A DNA stretch of 63,162 nucleotides, the filler included, from Octopus bimaculoides (taxonomy: Eukaryota): the NCBI RefSeq assembly GCF_001194135.2. It is 4 parts of 4 records of this genome, joined end to end, with 100 filler letters (N's around TTAATTAATTAA, not from the genome) between each part and the next. Parts side by side here need not be neighbours in the genome. Positions count along the whole stretch, not along the records: positions 1 to 27,145 come from NC_068981.1; positions 27,246 to 39,375 come from NC_068992.1; 2 more parts are not named here. One strand, written 5' to 3'. Numbering within the stretch: the first letter of the stretch is position 1; each line of letters opens with the position of its first letter. The notes under the pieces were generated by a model. The model saw nothing but the letters and a program-made list of their open reading frames with translations, was not told the DNA's origin and searched no databases. Position numbers and translations under genes: made by a program. Shown here one piece after another: positions 25,145-36,684 of this stretch.

Positions 25145-26420
25145 CGTCTTGGCTGACGAGCTAGCACATCATACAAAATGCTCAGCAGCATTTCGTCCGT
25201 CATTACACTCTGAGTTCGAATTCCGCCGTGGTAGACTTCCATCCTTTCGGGCTCTACAAAATAAGTACCAATTGAACACTGAAGTTGATCTTATCGACTT
25301 AGCCCCTCCCCGGCAATCACTGGCCTTGTGCCAAAATTTGAAATCATTTTCGTTGTTATTTTTGTTATCGTTACTGTCTGTTTTGTTTGTTATTACTGTT
25401 AGCGTTGTTGTTGGTGTTACTGTTCTTACTGTCACTGTGAAGGTACATTGCTCAGTTGTTAGAGCGTTGAGCATACGATCGTGAGGTTGTGAGTTCGATT
25501 CCCGGACCAGGCTGTATGTTGTGTTCTTGAGCAAGACACTTTATTTCACGTTGCTCCAGTTAATTCAGGTGCAGAAATGAGTTGCGACGTCACGGGTGCC
25601 AAGCTGTATCGACCTTTGCTTTCCCTTGGATAACATCAGTGTTGTTATTTTGTGATGGTTTGTTGTCAGTGTTATCATAACGACTATTCCTTTTACTGCT
25701 GACACAGTCACTGTAGTTGCTACTGTTATCGTCATCGTTAGAAATACTGTTGTTGTTGTTGTTGTTGTTGTTAAGGCGGTGAGCTGGCAGAATCGTTAGC
25801 ACATCCGACAAATTGCTTTTGCGGTATTTCGCCCGTGTTTACGTTCTTAGTTCAAATCCCGCCGAGGTCGGCTTTCCTTTTCATCCCTTCGGGGTCGATA
25901 AAGATAAGTACCATTTGAGCACTGGGGGTCAGTGTAATCGACTTCCCCCAAATTGCTGGCCTTGTGCCAAAACTTGAAATCATTATTATGATTGTTAAGG
26001 CGGCGAGCTGGCAGAAACTTTAGCATGCCGGGTGAAATGCTTAGCGGTATTTCGTCCGTCTTTACGTTCTGAGTTCAAATTCCGCCGAGGTTGACTTTGC
26101 CTTTCATCCTTTCGGGGTCGATAAATTAAGTACCAGTTACGCACTGGGGTCGATGTAATCGACTTAATCCGTTCGTCTGTCCTTGTTTGTCCTTTCTATG
26201 TTTAGCCCCTTGAGGGCAATAAAGTAATAAGAATCGTTAGCACGCCATGCCTAAAGCTTAGCGGCATTTCGTCCGTCTTTACGTTCCGAGTTCAAATTCC
26301 GCAGAGGTCAGTTTTATCTATCATCTGTTAGGAATCTATAAAGTAAAATACCAGTCAAGTACCGGGGTCGACATAACTGACACCTCCTTCCTCAAAAACT
26401 GCTGGCCTTGTGCCAAAATT
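25145..26420 (+). mobile_element. Cluster of SINE A copies and one Meta-domain-like SINE (~25430-25640)
   Basis: Family A heads at ~25150, 25775, 25998 and 26228. 'ttgtgttcttgagcaagacactttatttcacgttgctccagt' at ~25520. Confidence 0.8.
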
Positions 26421-27146
26421 AGAAATCTTTATTTTTACCATTGTCGTTATTATTGTTGTTAGTATTGCTGTTACTGTCGTTGTTGTCCTCGTTACTGTTA
26501 CTGTTACTTGTTTTGTTATTCCTTTCATTGTTACCGCTACCGTTGTTATTGTTGTTGTTGTTGTTATTGTTGTTACCGTACTGTCTCTAGTAGCCAACAC
26601 CCAAATATAATCAACAAGGTTGCTATGGTATTGTTGCTCTTTCTACTGTAATCACTCTGCTCTGACACGTTCTTCCTCTCTTCTTTTCTCTGTTGCCTTT
26701 CTTACCTTGTCTTCCTTTCTTTCATTCTTACGTTCTTTGTGTTTTTGATTCTCTCCAGCCATCCATGCATCTATCTATCTATCTATCTATCTACACCACC
26801 ACCAACAACAACAAAAACAAAACTGTAACCAAGGTTACAAAACAGAACATAGACAATATTTCAAAAGAATGTGACGTCAGCACCAATTCTGGTGACGACA
26901 TCATTACCACCACCACCAACAACAACAACGACAACAACAACAACAGCAGCAGCAGCAACATTTCAACTCAACCTTTGCTCCCTTCACCAGCAGCAAGCGA
27001 AAGAGAGGAAGGAAAAAGCCACAACACCACTGAAACAAATACCACATCTACTACCAATACCAGCAACAACAATAACAACAATAACACAAACAAAAACTTT
27101 GCTGAAGCTTTGAAGCAAAGTGAAACTGTTGTGTCCTACACAACAN
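26420..27146. repeat. Degenerate (GTT)/(CAA)/(CTAT) low-complexity region
   Basis: Direct reading. Confidence 0.8.
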
Positions 27147-27252
27147 NNNNNNNNNNNNNNNNNNNNNNNNNNNNNNNNNNNNNNNNNNNTTAATTAATTA
27201 ANNNNNNNNNNNNNNNNNNNNNNNNNNNNNNNNNNNNNNNNNNNNATATATA

Positions 27253-27287
<35 letters not shown>

Positions 27288-27897
27288 AATATGCATATAT
27301 TAATGACTACCGAACATGAATCTCCACACTTCATATAAATCTCCTTCTATTCACTGATACATATACCTTACAAATGTTATCTTAGTTTCCTATGTGCGTC
27401 AGTTTACACGAAATACAACTTTTATAGTTGTATTGAAATACGGTGAACAGGCTTCCCATTGAAATCGAAATTTCATATCCAATTCAATTGCCCAGAAATG
27501 CTTTGAATTATAGAATATGACGACTATTTCGCTATTTCAATAGGAACAATACGTACGGGCTTACTGAATAGAAAGCCTTATCTTGCCAGCAACTATTCTC
27601 AATTTCATGTACTCAGAGAAATGACGGTGAGAAACAATAAGACCACTATTTTTGATGAGCACCAGAATTCTCAAATGTGGAATCAAAAGCTCAATATTCA
27701 GCTTTTAGTTCGAGATATAGTTTGCAAATATGGTTTTTTAGCAACGTTCTCTAAAACGATTTATTTCATAAAACGTGAACCAATGTTTATCCACCTTCAA
27801 GTATTTTATTTTGAAATCATTTGAAATTTGCAAATGGAACGAACACAAGAGAGAAATATCCTTCTCTTCAGTAGATACTTCATTTTATGCATATATA

Positions 27898-28150
27898 AGA
27901 AGGCACGTGGCTTAATGTTTAGGGTGTTGAAGTCACGACCGGCAGATAGTGGGTTCGATTCCCAGACCGAGTGGCATGTTGCGCTCTTCAACGAAACACT
28001 TCATTTCCCATTGATCTATTGTTGTGCTGGTACCGGCATGCGAAAGAAGAGACCCAGCATTTCCTTTGCTTGTCATAAAAGGCCACTAAAAGAGGTTGAG
28101 GTAGGATTTGCTTACCTCACCAGAAACGACTTCCCAGACAGGCAAATAGG
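27898..28150 (+). mobile_element. tRNA-headed SINE (family D-like head, different tail)
   Basis: 'aggcacgtggcttaatgtttagggtgttgaagtcacgacc...gggttcgattcccagaccg...aacacttcatttc'. Confidence 0.65.
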
Positions 28151-28389
28151 TTAGGGGATTGTCACCTAAGTGGTGCGACGCGTCATTGCCAAGAGTAGGG
28201 AATCACCAACAAATGGTGGATGTAGCGATGCGCTATTACAGCGCATACCACCATACTTTAATACTGATTGTGTAAGAAAATTAAAATATAATTTCGTGGG
28301 TTCTTCCCGTTTTTTTTTTTTATTTTTAATCTTCGATATTATTATGACGTCATTTGACAGAATCGCTATATTACATCATTACAGCTTCA

Positions 28390-28612
28390 AGTCCTGAGGC
28401 TCATAGGGACGGTTATCCGGTTTCCATGGCGTATGAGTGACCGAGGGGGCAACATTCCGCTTGAATGGGGCATTAGTCGTTTACAGGTCAGTGGACTGTC
28501 CCAACGTGAAATGAAGTGTTTTTCTAAAGTACATTAAGCACCTCTCGGTCCGGAAATTGAAACTACGATCTTGAAATTGTATGTGCAACGCCCTAATCGA
28601 TAGGCCATGCCC
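28390..28612 (-). mobile_element. SINE family D, degenerate
   Basis: Reverse complement aligns with 45934-46172. Confidence 0.65.
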
Positions 28613-29339
28613 CTGTACAATCGCTATAGCACTGGAAAGACATTCAGTATATTTATTTACATTTCATTTATTTTTCAGTGGAAATCACACAGAAGTTAAC
28701 TTCGACTTTCATCTTTCTCGACTCCATAGATTAAGTACCCGTTAAGTACAGGAGCCGATTTAATAGATTACATTTATCTCCGAAGATGTGTGGCTATATG
28801 CCTGTGCAGCATATATGATTTTGAAGCGAGTATTTAGTTAAGATGAGGAAAATAATATTTCCATTCTTCTGGAGGCGGTAAAATATTTATCATTGAAGTA
28901 TTTGTGACGATTTAATCGACACTAATCATATGAAAGATGTCTTTCACTCGCATTAGAAATTTCAATAATTTTGATCAACGCTCGATTATTGATTCCCGTC
29001 GGAGATATTTTACTCACCTACGTTATTAATGCTTCTGAGAGGGGTAAAAGTCAACTTTACATAGTATTCATTTAGTTTCTCATGCTACTACATAAATTCT
29101 CACAAAAGCCATTCTAAGTCTTGGTTTCTATTCTCTATTGTGATCAGATTACTAATGTTTCCATGGAAAAGCAAAAATGTCAGAATTTTACTATTTCACT
29201 CGTTATCTAAATCAATTACGAGATAGAAGCTTTTACTTTGTTTTAATTCTCACTTCACATGCATTTTCTTTCACGAGTCATGGATCTCCTAAGGCCGATT
29301 CCCCGGTCTCCATTGCTTTCAACGGACACCGATTCAAGG

Positions 29340-29535
29340 CCAGAAATTTTGAGAGGACAATATAATGTGATAACATAGACCCCAGTAAGTGAATGGTTCT
29401 TTATTTTATCGACCTCAAACCGATGAACGACAAGGTTAACCTGAGGAGGTTCTGAACTCAGAACTTAAAGAGACGGAAGAAATGCTGCTAAGCATTTTGT
29501 TCGACGTGCTAACGATTCTGCTTGATCGCCACCTC
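29340..29535 (-). mobile_element. SINE family A
   Basis: 'gaactcagaacttaaagagacggaagaaatgctgctaagcattttgttcgacgtgctaacgattctg'. Confidence 0.8.
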
Positions 29536-30004
29536 TGGATTATAATTCAACAGCAAAGAATTCATTGATATTGTGCGCTGATTAAAGTATGTCATGTAGT
29601 GTTGTTTTAGCTCTACTTCGAACCAGCCTCTCAATGCCTACAGGTTTCAGTTTCATCCGTAGTTTTTGCTTTGATATTAGTTTCTTATAAAATTTAGAAG
29701 GGACAGATATAGTTGAACAATTGTATCCAAGTACATTTGTTTTAGTTATTAACCTCTCTATTTTATTACTTGATCTATCAAAAACAACAACCAAATTACC
29801 CTTATGTTTAGAAGGATGCGTTGGATAATTATAAATATATAATTCTAAATATACAGTAGTTTTGAAATGGCTTGAGACAAAATTATTTTAATCATAGGTC
29901 AGCCCTACCAACTGTCAATTAAGTTTAAACTATAACAAATTCCATCAAATTACAAACTGCCTAAAGGACAATGCTGCTCTATATTTTAGAGATGATGGAT
30001 TATG

Positions 30005-30460
30005 TACAATATTTACATTGGGCCGCTAAGCATTTTCACCTTTGTTGTTACCACAGCGTTTCGGCTGATGTACTCTCCAGACTTTATCGGGTGTCCTGGT
30101 GGAATTTCGAACCTAACCCTTTATTTGACTAACGGGCTACTCTTTCCTCATTCCTAAGGTATTTTTTTGCTGATGTTATTATTATTATTATTTATTCAAG
30201 TCACTGACTGGGATTGAACCCGGAATCATTAACTGGGATTGAACAGGCATATAGCGTAGTTGTTAAGAGCGCGAGCTACTAACCCCAAGATTCGGGGTTC
30301 AATAAATAATAATAACATTAGCAAAAAATACCTTAGGAAAGACAACAGAGTAGCCCATTAGACCAGGACACCTGATGAAGGCTGGAGAGTACATCAGCCG
30401 AAACTTTGTGGTAACAACAAACAAAGAAAGGACACCTATCCGTCCAATGTAAATATTGTG
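30005..30460. mobile_element. Head-to-head inverted pair of Penelope-like terminal-repeat units (tRNA-like head + hammerhead motif)
   Basis: 30005-30228 is the imperfect reverse complement of 30246-30460. The same tRNA-like head follows the Penelope ORF at 32252-32333. Confidence 0.8.
30369..30410 (+). ncRNA. Minimal type-I hammerhead ribozyme motif (Penelope type)
   Basis: cac-CTGATGA-a-ggctg-gagagtacat-cagcc-GAAA-cttt-gtg: conserved core, 5-bp stem II, CAC/GTG stem I. A second, mutated copy lies on - at ~30051-30092. Confidence 0.7.
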
Positions 30461-30579
30461 CTTAAAGAATACTTAGAATGATCACGGGTGGATGAGCTCC
30501 ATCATATGTCTCTATTTTTTTACCTGTGTTCAGCAACTTCAAATTATTTTTTTATTATTTCTATTAAAGGCACAAGGCC

Positions 30580-30760
30580 TGAAATTTTGGGGAATAGGGC
30601 AAATCAATTACCTCGACTCGAGGTTTCAAATGATACTTATTTTAACGAGCCTGAAAGAATGAGAGGCAAAGACGACCTCAGCGGAATTTGACCTCAGAAC
30701 ATAAAGCCGAAAGAAATGCCGCTAAGCCGTTTATCCGGAATACCAATGATCTTTCTTGCT
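30580..30760 (-). mobile_element. SINE family A
   Basis: 'ggcacaaggcctgaaattttgggg...gacctcagcggaatttgacctcagaac'. Confidence 0.8.
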
Positions 30761-31944
30761 CTCTAATTCAACAACCATAAATAATCGCTGGAAGCTTGAA
30801 AATCGTGTTCGGAAGTTATTGCTCGCTGTTAGAAAACAAATCCTGGGAAATAAATGATAGGTATTGCAGGAATAAAGCCAACAAATCTGTTTCGATTTCA
30901 GATTTTAGCTGAAGCCTGAAACGGTTCTAACCTGATTTTACCTTACATTTCGACAACAACGCTTGAATATACTTTATTATTCTTGTTGCTACTACATCTC
31001 GAGTTCAGAAATCATAATACATTTCATCGTTACACCGAAGCGTTGGGATCGAGTGCCAACAAGCATAAAATATTTATTTGCAATAAATGAATGCATATAT
31101 GCTGAATAGTTTGCGATTGAGTAGTCAATAGACTAAAAACTTTAAGCAATCGAATAATTTGATCCAAAATGTCCAAGAAAATAGAAATTATAGTTCAAAA
31201 ATAGACTATCAAAAACAGAAAATACAAACTCCATAATTAAACACTGCCTAGATAAATCAATATAAACTTAACATATTCTTTACCGTTCAGTAACTCTGTA
31301 AATCTGTTTTGGGGTGTTTACAGAGGGTTGGATAACTCAACGCCTTTTCTGACAGTTTAGTCGAAATTTTACACAAAAAGTCATAAGGAAAGCAAGTTTG
31401 CTAAGGAAACACAATTATTGATCTTTTTGGTTTTGTTTTGTTAAAGTTACTTAAAAGAATTTCTTTCTTAAGCACGTTTCTTCAAATAAATGGACTGGAA
31501 ATAGCGAAGCACGATTTTATTTTTAACGATAGTTGTTAAAAGCACGGTTAAATCAACCATTCGAAATGGTAAACACTGTAAATTACGGATCTTCTGTTTC
31601 TGTTTCTGTCTGAAGGATTATTTTTATTTTTAGTAACATTTCACCACAGATTGCAAAGTGCTGTTTCTAGAACGTTGTCTCAGTTAAATATTTAACCTTA
31701 ACACTAATGCTTTTACCAATGTTGTTTCAGTAGCGTATTAGTTTTTCAGCGGATTATGGGTGGTTCAATGGTTTTTGTAGCAGTTTTTTTAACTATAAGA
31801 ATGAACAGTTTGTGCGGATTATATTGCGTTTAATTGTTAATGATCAACATTAAAATGGAAAATATGTATGGAGGTGGAGCTAAAGAAATATTAATTTTAC
31901 GAGAAAAGGGTAAAATTTGTTAATATAATGTTGCAAGTATCGGA

Positions 31945-32250
31945 AGGCGGTAAGCTGGCAGAAACGTTAGCACACCGGGCGAAATGCTTCGCGGCATTTA
32001 TTCTGTCTTTACATTCTGAGTTCAAATTCCGCCCTGGTCGTCTTTGCCTTTTATCCTTTCCGGCTCGATAAATTAAGTATCAGTTACGTACTGAGGTTGA
32101 TCTAATCAACTGCCGTCCTCACCCAAAATTTCGGACCTTGTACCTAGAGCAGAAAAGAATATATTGGTTTCTAATTTTGACACAAGGCCAGCAAGTTCGG
32201 AAGAGCGGTAAAGTCGATAACATCGACCCCAGTGCTTATTTTATCGACTT
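31945..32250. mobile_element. Tail-to-tail SINE A copies (+ 31945-32160, - fragment 32165-32250)
   Basis: 'aaggcggtaagctggcagaaacgttagcac...' followed by 'ttttgacacaaggccagcaag...atcgaccccagtgc'. Confidence 0.8.
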
Positions 32251-32362
32251 CGATGTTATTATTATTATTCAGGTCATTGCCTGGAATCTTGGAGTTAGTA
32301 GCCCGCACTCTTAACCAATACACCATATTCCCGTGGGCCATTATGGAGTGAATTTTTAGGGC

Positions 32363-32888
32363 TTATAAATCTAATATTTTCGTATCTTTCCATAATACCA
32401 GGTCCCATATACTATTCATATCTGCGTTCGGTCTGCTTAGGACGTCGTTGTGTCCTAGCATATGTGCTGCTTCTTTCAGTTTTCGTATTTTCCAGTGGTG
32501 TTCTCTGTCTATTATTTTAACTTCATCCCACAGGGGAAGGTGGTCTCCATTTTCCATACATGATCAGCTTTAACCGATTTATCAATATCTTCTCGTGTCA
32601 CAGGTTTGCGATGTTCCTCTACTCTTATTTTGATAGGGCAGCATATTTCGTTTTGTATAACCGACCACAGCTGCATGGGATGGAGTACACGCAGTCTTTG
32701 GTCATATTCTCTTCTACTGGTTGTTTTACCCGAAGGAGATATTTGTGAAGTGTTGTATTACTTTTGAATACTGTCATGATGTCATATGGGCCGCATATCT
32801 TTTGTATATTTTTGGAGAGGCCTTTCACATAGGGTAGACAGGCTGTAGACAGTTTATTGGTTTCATCCTCTTTTCTTCAAAATTGGAG

Positions 32889-32935
<47 letters not shown>

Positions 32936-33094
32936 TCAGAGAGACAGAAGTAGTCGGACAGACAGTCGGACAGACAGTCGGACAGACAGTCGGACAGACA
33001 GTCGGACAGACAGTCGGACAGACAGTCGGACAGACAGTCGGACAGACAGTCGGACAGACAGTCGGACAGACAGTCGGACAGACAGTCAGACAGG

Positions 33095-33181
<87 letters not shown>

Positions 33182-33420
33182 CAATTATGCAGCACATTCT
33201 CAGCATCATTGTTGATATGAATATCTGATTGTGTTTATAAGGATGCTTCTGTAACATATCCCTGTTTCTATTTATACCAGTTTTAAAAACCCCGTATAGT
33301 GTATGCTCTGATTCTTTCGTCTTCTTACTAGCTGCTCGATAACGTACAGTTGATAGAGATGAATACAATACAGTAAAATAGTAGAACGAGGTTAATATTA
33401 TTGATAAAATCTTCAAAGTT
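32363..33420 (-). mobile_element. Penelope-like element, C-terminal linker + GIY-YIG endonuclease, split by a microsatellite
   Basis: CLPYVKGLSKNIQKIC..YDIMTVFKS..TL; DCVYSIPCSCGRLY; EEH; ADHVW..GDH; WDEVKIIDREHHWKIRKLKEAAH. The upstream piece (33185-33420) reads SSLSTVRYRA...ESEHTLYGVFK. Frameshifted. Confidence 0.85.
32890..33181. repeat. (GATA)n-(GTCGGACAGACA)n-(GACA)n-(GATA)n compound repeat
   Basis: Direct reading; about 10 copies of the 12-mer. Confidence 0.97.
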
Positions 33421-33567
33421 GCTTCCTTAGCTCAGCCAGTGTTCAATAATTGAAACAAGTGCAAGAATATAAGAATATAAACCAATATAACATTATACAC
33501 ACAGACACACATACGCACAAGGACACACAAATATACAAATAGGTACGTATAAATATTATATATGCAT

Positions 33568-33642
<75 letters not shown>

Positions 33643-34819
33643 AAAAATAAATACAAAAAAGGGTTTTGTATGATCGTGTATAGAGGAATATGTTATTTTA
33701 TTTAAAAGAGTTCCAACTCTGTCTGTTTTTTATGTTTTATTTATATTCTTGTAAAATTAATGTGGGATATAGAATATGGAATGCATAATATATAATATAA
33801 AAATAAATGGTAAAATGAAATGAAGTATTGAATGTTTTATTGAATATATGAAATATGTCTTATTGAATATATGGAATATTGAGTATTCAATATAGAGAAT
33901 TGAATATATAAAGGCTAATATGTACTTTCATACCTAGTGGTATTCATCAAGGCCTTCGTCTGACAGACTGTAACAGACTGTAACAGACTAGCTTTTTTTT
34001 GTCTTTTATACCTATTTCTTTGGGCAGCAGTAATAGGTGTTTGGCTATTTTTAGAAATGATGCCAAGTTTATTTTTAGAAATGATATCCCGCCGTAGCTG
34101 CTGCCCAATGAGTGACACCAGTAAAAGACAAAAAGACATCCACAACACTAAATTCTTTTTGATAAAGTAGAATAGTGTTTCTTTTGTATATACAAGCCCT
34201 GTGGGTAAGGTAATACATTATGTAGTGTCACAAGAAAATCTAGAGAGTATTGAGTAACTTAAGTGATATTTAAAGGATAAAGTAAGTGTAGACAGTGTAT
34301 AAGGAATTTCGCCTTACCAGTATGATTGACTCTTAATGAAGATGAAAATAGAAATAATTGAATAAATACGGAATTGCTATTACTGTACAAGTTTATCCTT
34401 TCCTTTGGCCACAGAGTCCCATGGAATATTTGTTGTCAACATCTCATTATCCGTTTTCCAGAAAAAGATTCTGTTTCAAGCAAGAATCTATTATTTTATG
34501 AAAGAGGTGAAAACTAGAAGTTAAATACATTTTATTGTTTGTCGTGTGGTTAACTAAAGCTATTTTTACATCCACTGGTGATTAAAAACTTTGCCGAAGA
34601 ATGTCTGATGAACGAATGAAAATAAAATCTATACAATTTCTATTTATAAACCTATAGAATAATCGGAGCAAATCTATAGAATATAATTAAAATTATCACT
34701 CCGGCGTGGATTCTACTTTCAAATGCAGCTTTGGATATGAAAATCACTTGCAGGGCTTTCTTTTTCCATTTTGAAATATAACGCTTCCAATGAAATCTAA
34801 TAGACACATCTTCTAAAAA

Positions 34820-34873
<54 letters not shown>

Positions 34874-34984
34874 NNNNNNNNNNNNNNNNNNNNNNNNNNN
34901 NNNNNNNNNNNNNNNNNNNNNNNNNNNNNNNNNNNNNNNNNNNNNNNNNNNNNNNNNNNNNNNNNNNNNNNNNNNNNNNNNNNN

Positions 34985-35058
<74 letters not shown>

Positions 35059-36034
35059 ATAAACACAAACTTAGATATGTATTTTTATTTAGAAGGATAC
35101 TGAGATAAACTATATTATGAGAATGTACATTGGGAGGCTTCCATACTAAAATGCTAACTTCGTTTTTAGCGGTGCTCATGAGAGTAAATTTCATTAACTT
35201 TTTTTTTTCTTTTTTTTACAGTATGATGTAAACAGAATTTATAATTCAGAAATGTATACCTTGAGACTAAGTTTATTTCTGAATTTCGACAATTCTCAAT
35301 TCTGTCCACTTTTGTTTCTTTCACTCTGCTTTTAAAGAATATACGAGAAATAAATAGAAAGAAACATTAATGTTTAACTGAACAGAGAATTTGAAGTGAG
35401 GAGATTTGATAATGTTTTGCCGAATTGCTTTTTTTATGTTTATTTATTCTTTCTTTTTTGTTTCTATGTCTATCAACCGATTGCTTGTGGCAAATTAGAA
35501 ATAAACTACGATAAGAGTTATTTTTATACGATCAAGGGATAGTTAGTGATGTTAGGTACAATTATGATAATAACAATTATGACCGTTAAAACTGCTTGTC
35601 AAACTTTTCTTTGTTTCGTTAATCGTCAACCATTGGCAAATGACAGCCACTCAGTTTGGCTGGAAGATCGAATCTGGCTGAAACTGAGAGTCCTACTCTA
35701 GCGGGGCAGCTAGGGAAGCTTATGTATATTAAATTCAAATTACGATAAACGTAAACAAAGAAACGAAGTTTGCTTTTAGAACCGTTGAGATGTCTTAGAA
35801 AGTTAAAGAAGCGATTTTTTAATTCTCAAACGCAGGATAATGCTAATAATATAGCCTGAACAGGATAAGCTACCCCTATTTTGCAGAAAAAAGTGGTATG
35901 TATATTGTGTTATGTATATTGTAAAAATAAAGGAGATACTGTGGAAGGGATAATTGGCGATGGTGATGGGCGTGCTACTATGATGCTAAAAATCAAAGTT
36001 GAACTAGTAATATTTATGTATTGACACTCTGTCG

Positions 36035-36342
36035 TTTAGGACGACAAGTGTTCTAGTTGATGCGATCAACGGAACAGCCTGGCATGAAATTAACATGCAA
36101 GTGGCTGAGCACTCCACAGACACGCGTATCCCTTAATGTAGCTCTCAGAGAGATTCAGCATGCCCACACAGACTGTAAAAAGGCTGGCTCTTTGAATTAC
36201 GGGCACAATTCATTCTTACCAGCTGAATGGACTGGAGCAACATGAAAAAAAGTGCCTTGCTCAGAGAGCAACCCACCGGCCGGAATCAAACTCACAACTT
36301 TATGTCTGCTAACCTACACTAACTACTAACCTACGAGCCTTC
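36035..36342 (-). mobile_element. Chimeric SINE: Meta-domain-like head with family B 3' tail
   Basis: The B tail ('gatcaacggaacagcc...gtggctgagcactccacagacac') joins directly to 'ccagctgaatggactggagcaacatgaaa...gccttgctc'. Confidence 0.65.
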
Positions 36343-36404
36343 ACTGTTATTTATGCATGAGAACATCAATATAAAAACGATTCAATTATTGAAATAATGA
36401 TTTT

Positions 36405-36678
36405 AAAATTTTAGTACAGGCCCAGCAATTTTTGAATGAATGAGACAGCCAATCACATCGACTCCAGTAATTGACAGATACTTATTTTATCGATCCCAAA
36501 CCCTAACCCTAACCCTAACCCTATCGACCACAGTTTGTAGCTGGTACTTATTTAATCGACCCCCGAAAGGATGAAAGGCAAAGTCGACCATGGCGGAATT
36601 TGAACTCAGAACGTAACGGCAGACGAAATACCGCTAAGCATTTCATCCGGCATGCTAACGAATCTGCCAGCTCACCAC
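36405..36678 (-). mobile_element. SINE family A with internal (CCCTAA)4 insert
   Basis: Family A core on both sides of aaccct x4 (36499-36522). Confidence 0.85.
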
Positions 36679-36684
36679 AGACAA

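Noticed and set aside
26693-27193. Thr/Asn/Ser-rich mucin-like ORF
   Set aside because: Built from degenerate CAA/CCA/CTAT repeats and runs into a gap; no supporting exon structure.
27190-27201. TTAATTAATTAA embedded in N runs (also 39420-39431 and 61337-61348)
   Set aside because: Identical 12-mer centred in gaps, with stops in all six frames. This is an artificial contig-joining spacer, not biology.
29950-30005. YFRDDGL resembling a Penelope RT catalytic motif
   Set aside because: Isolated 7-aa match with no flanking RT motifs readable.
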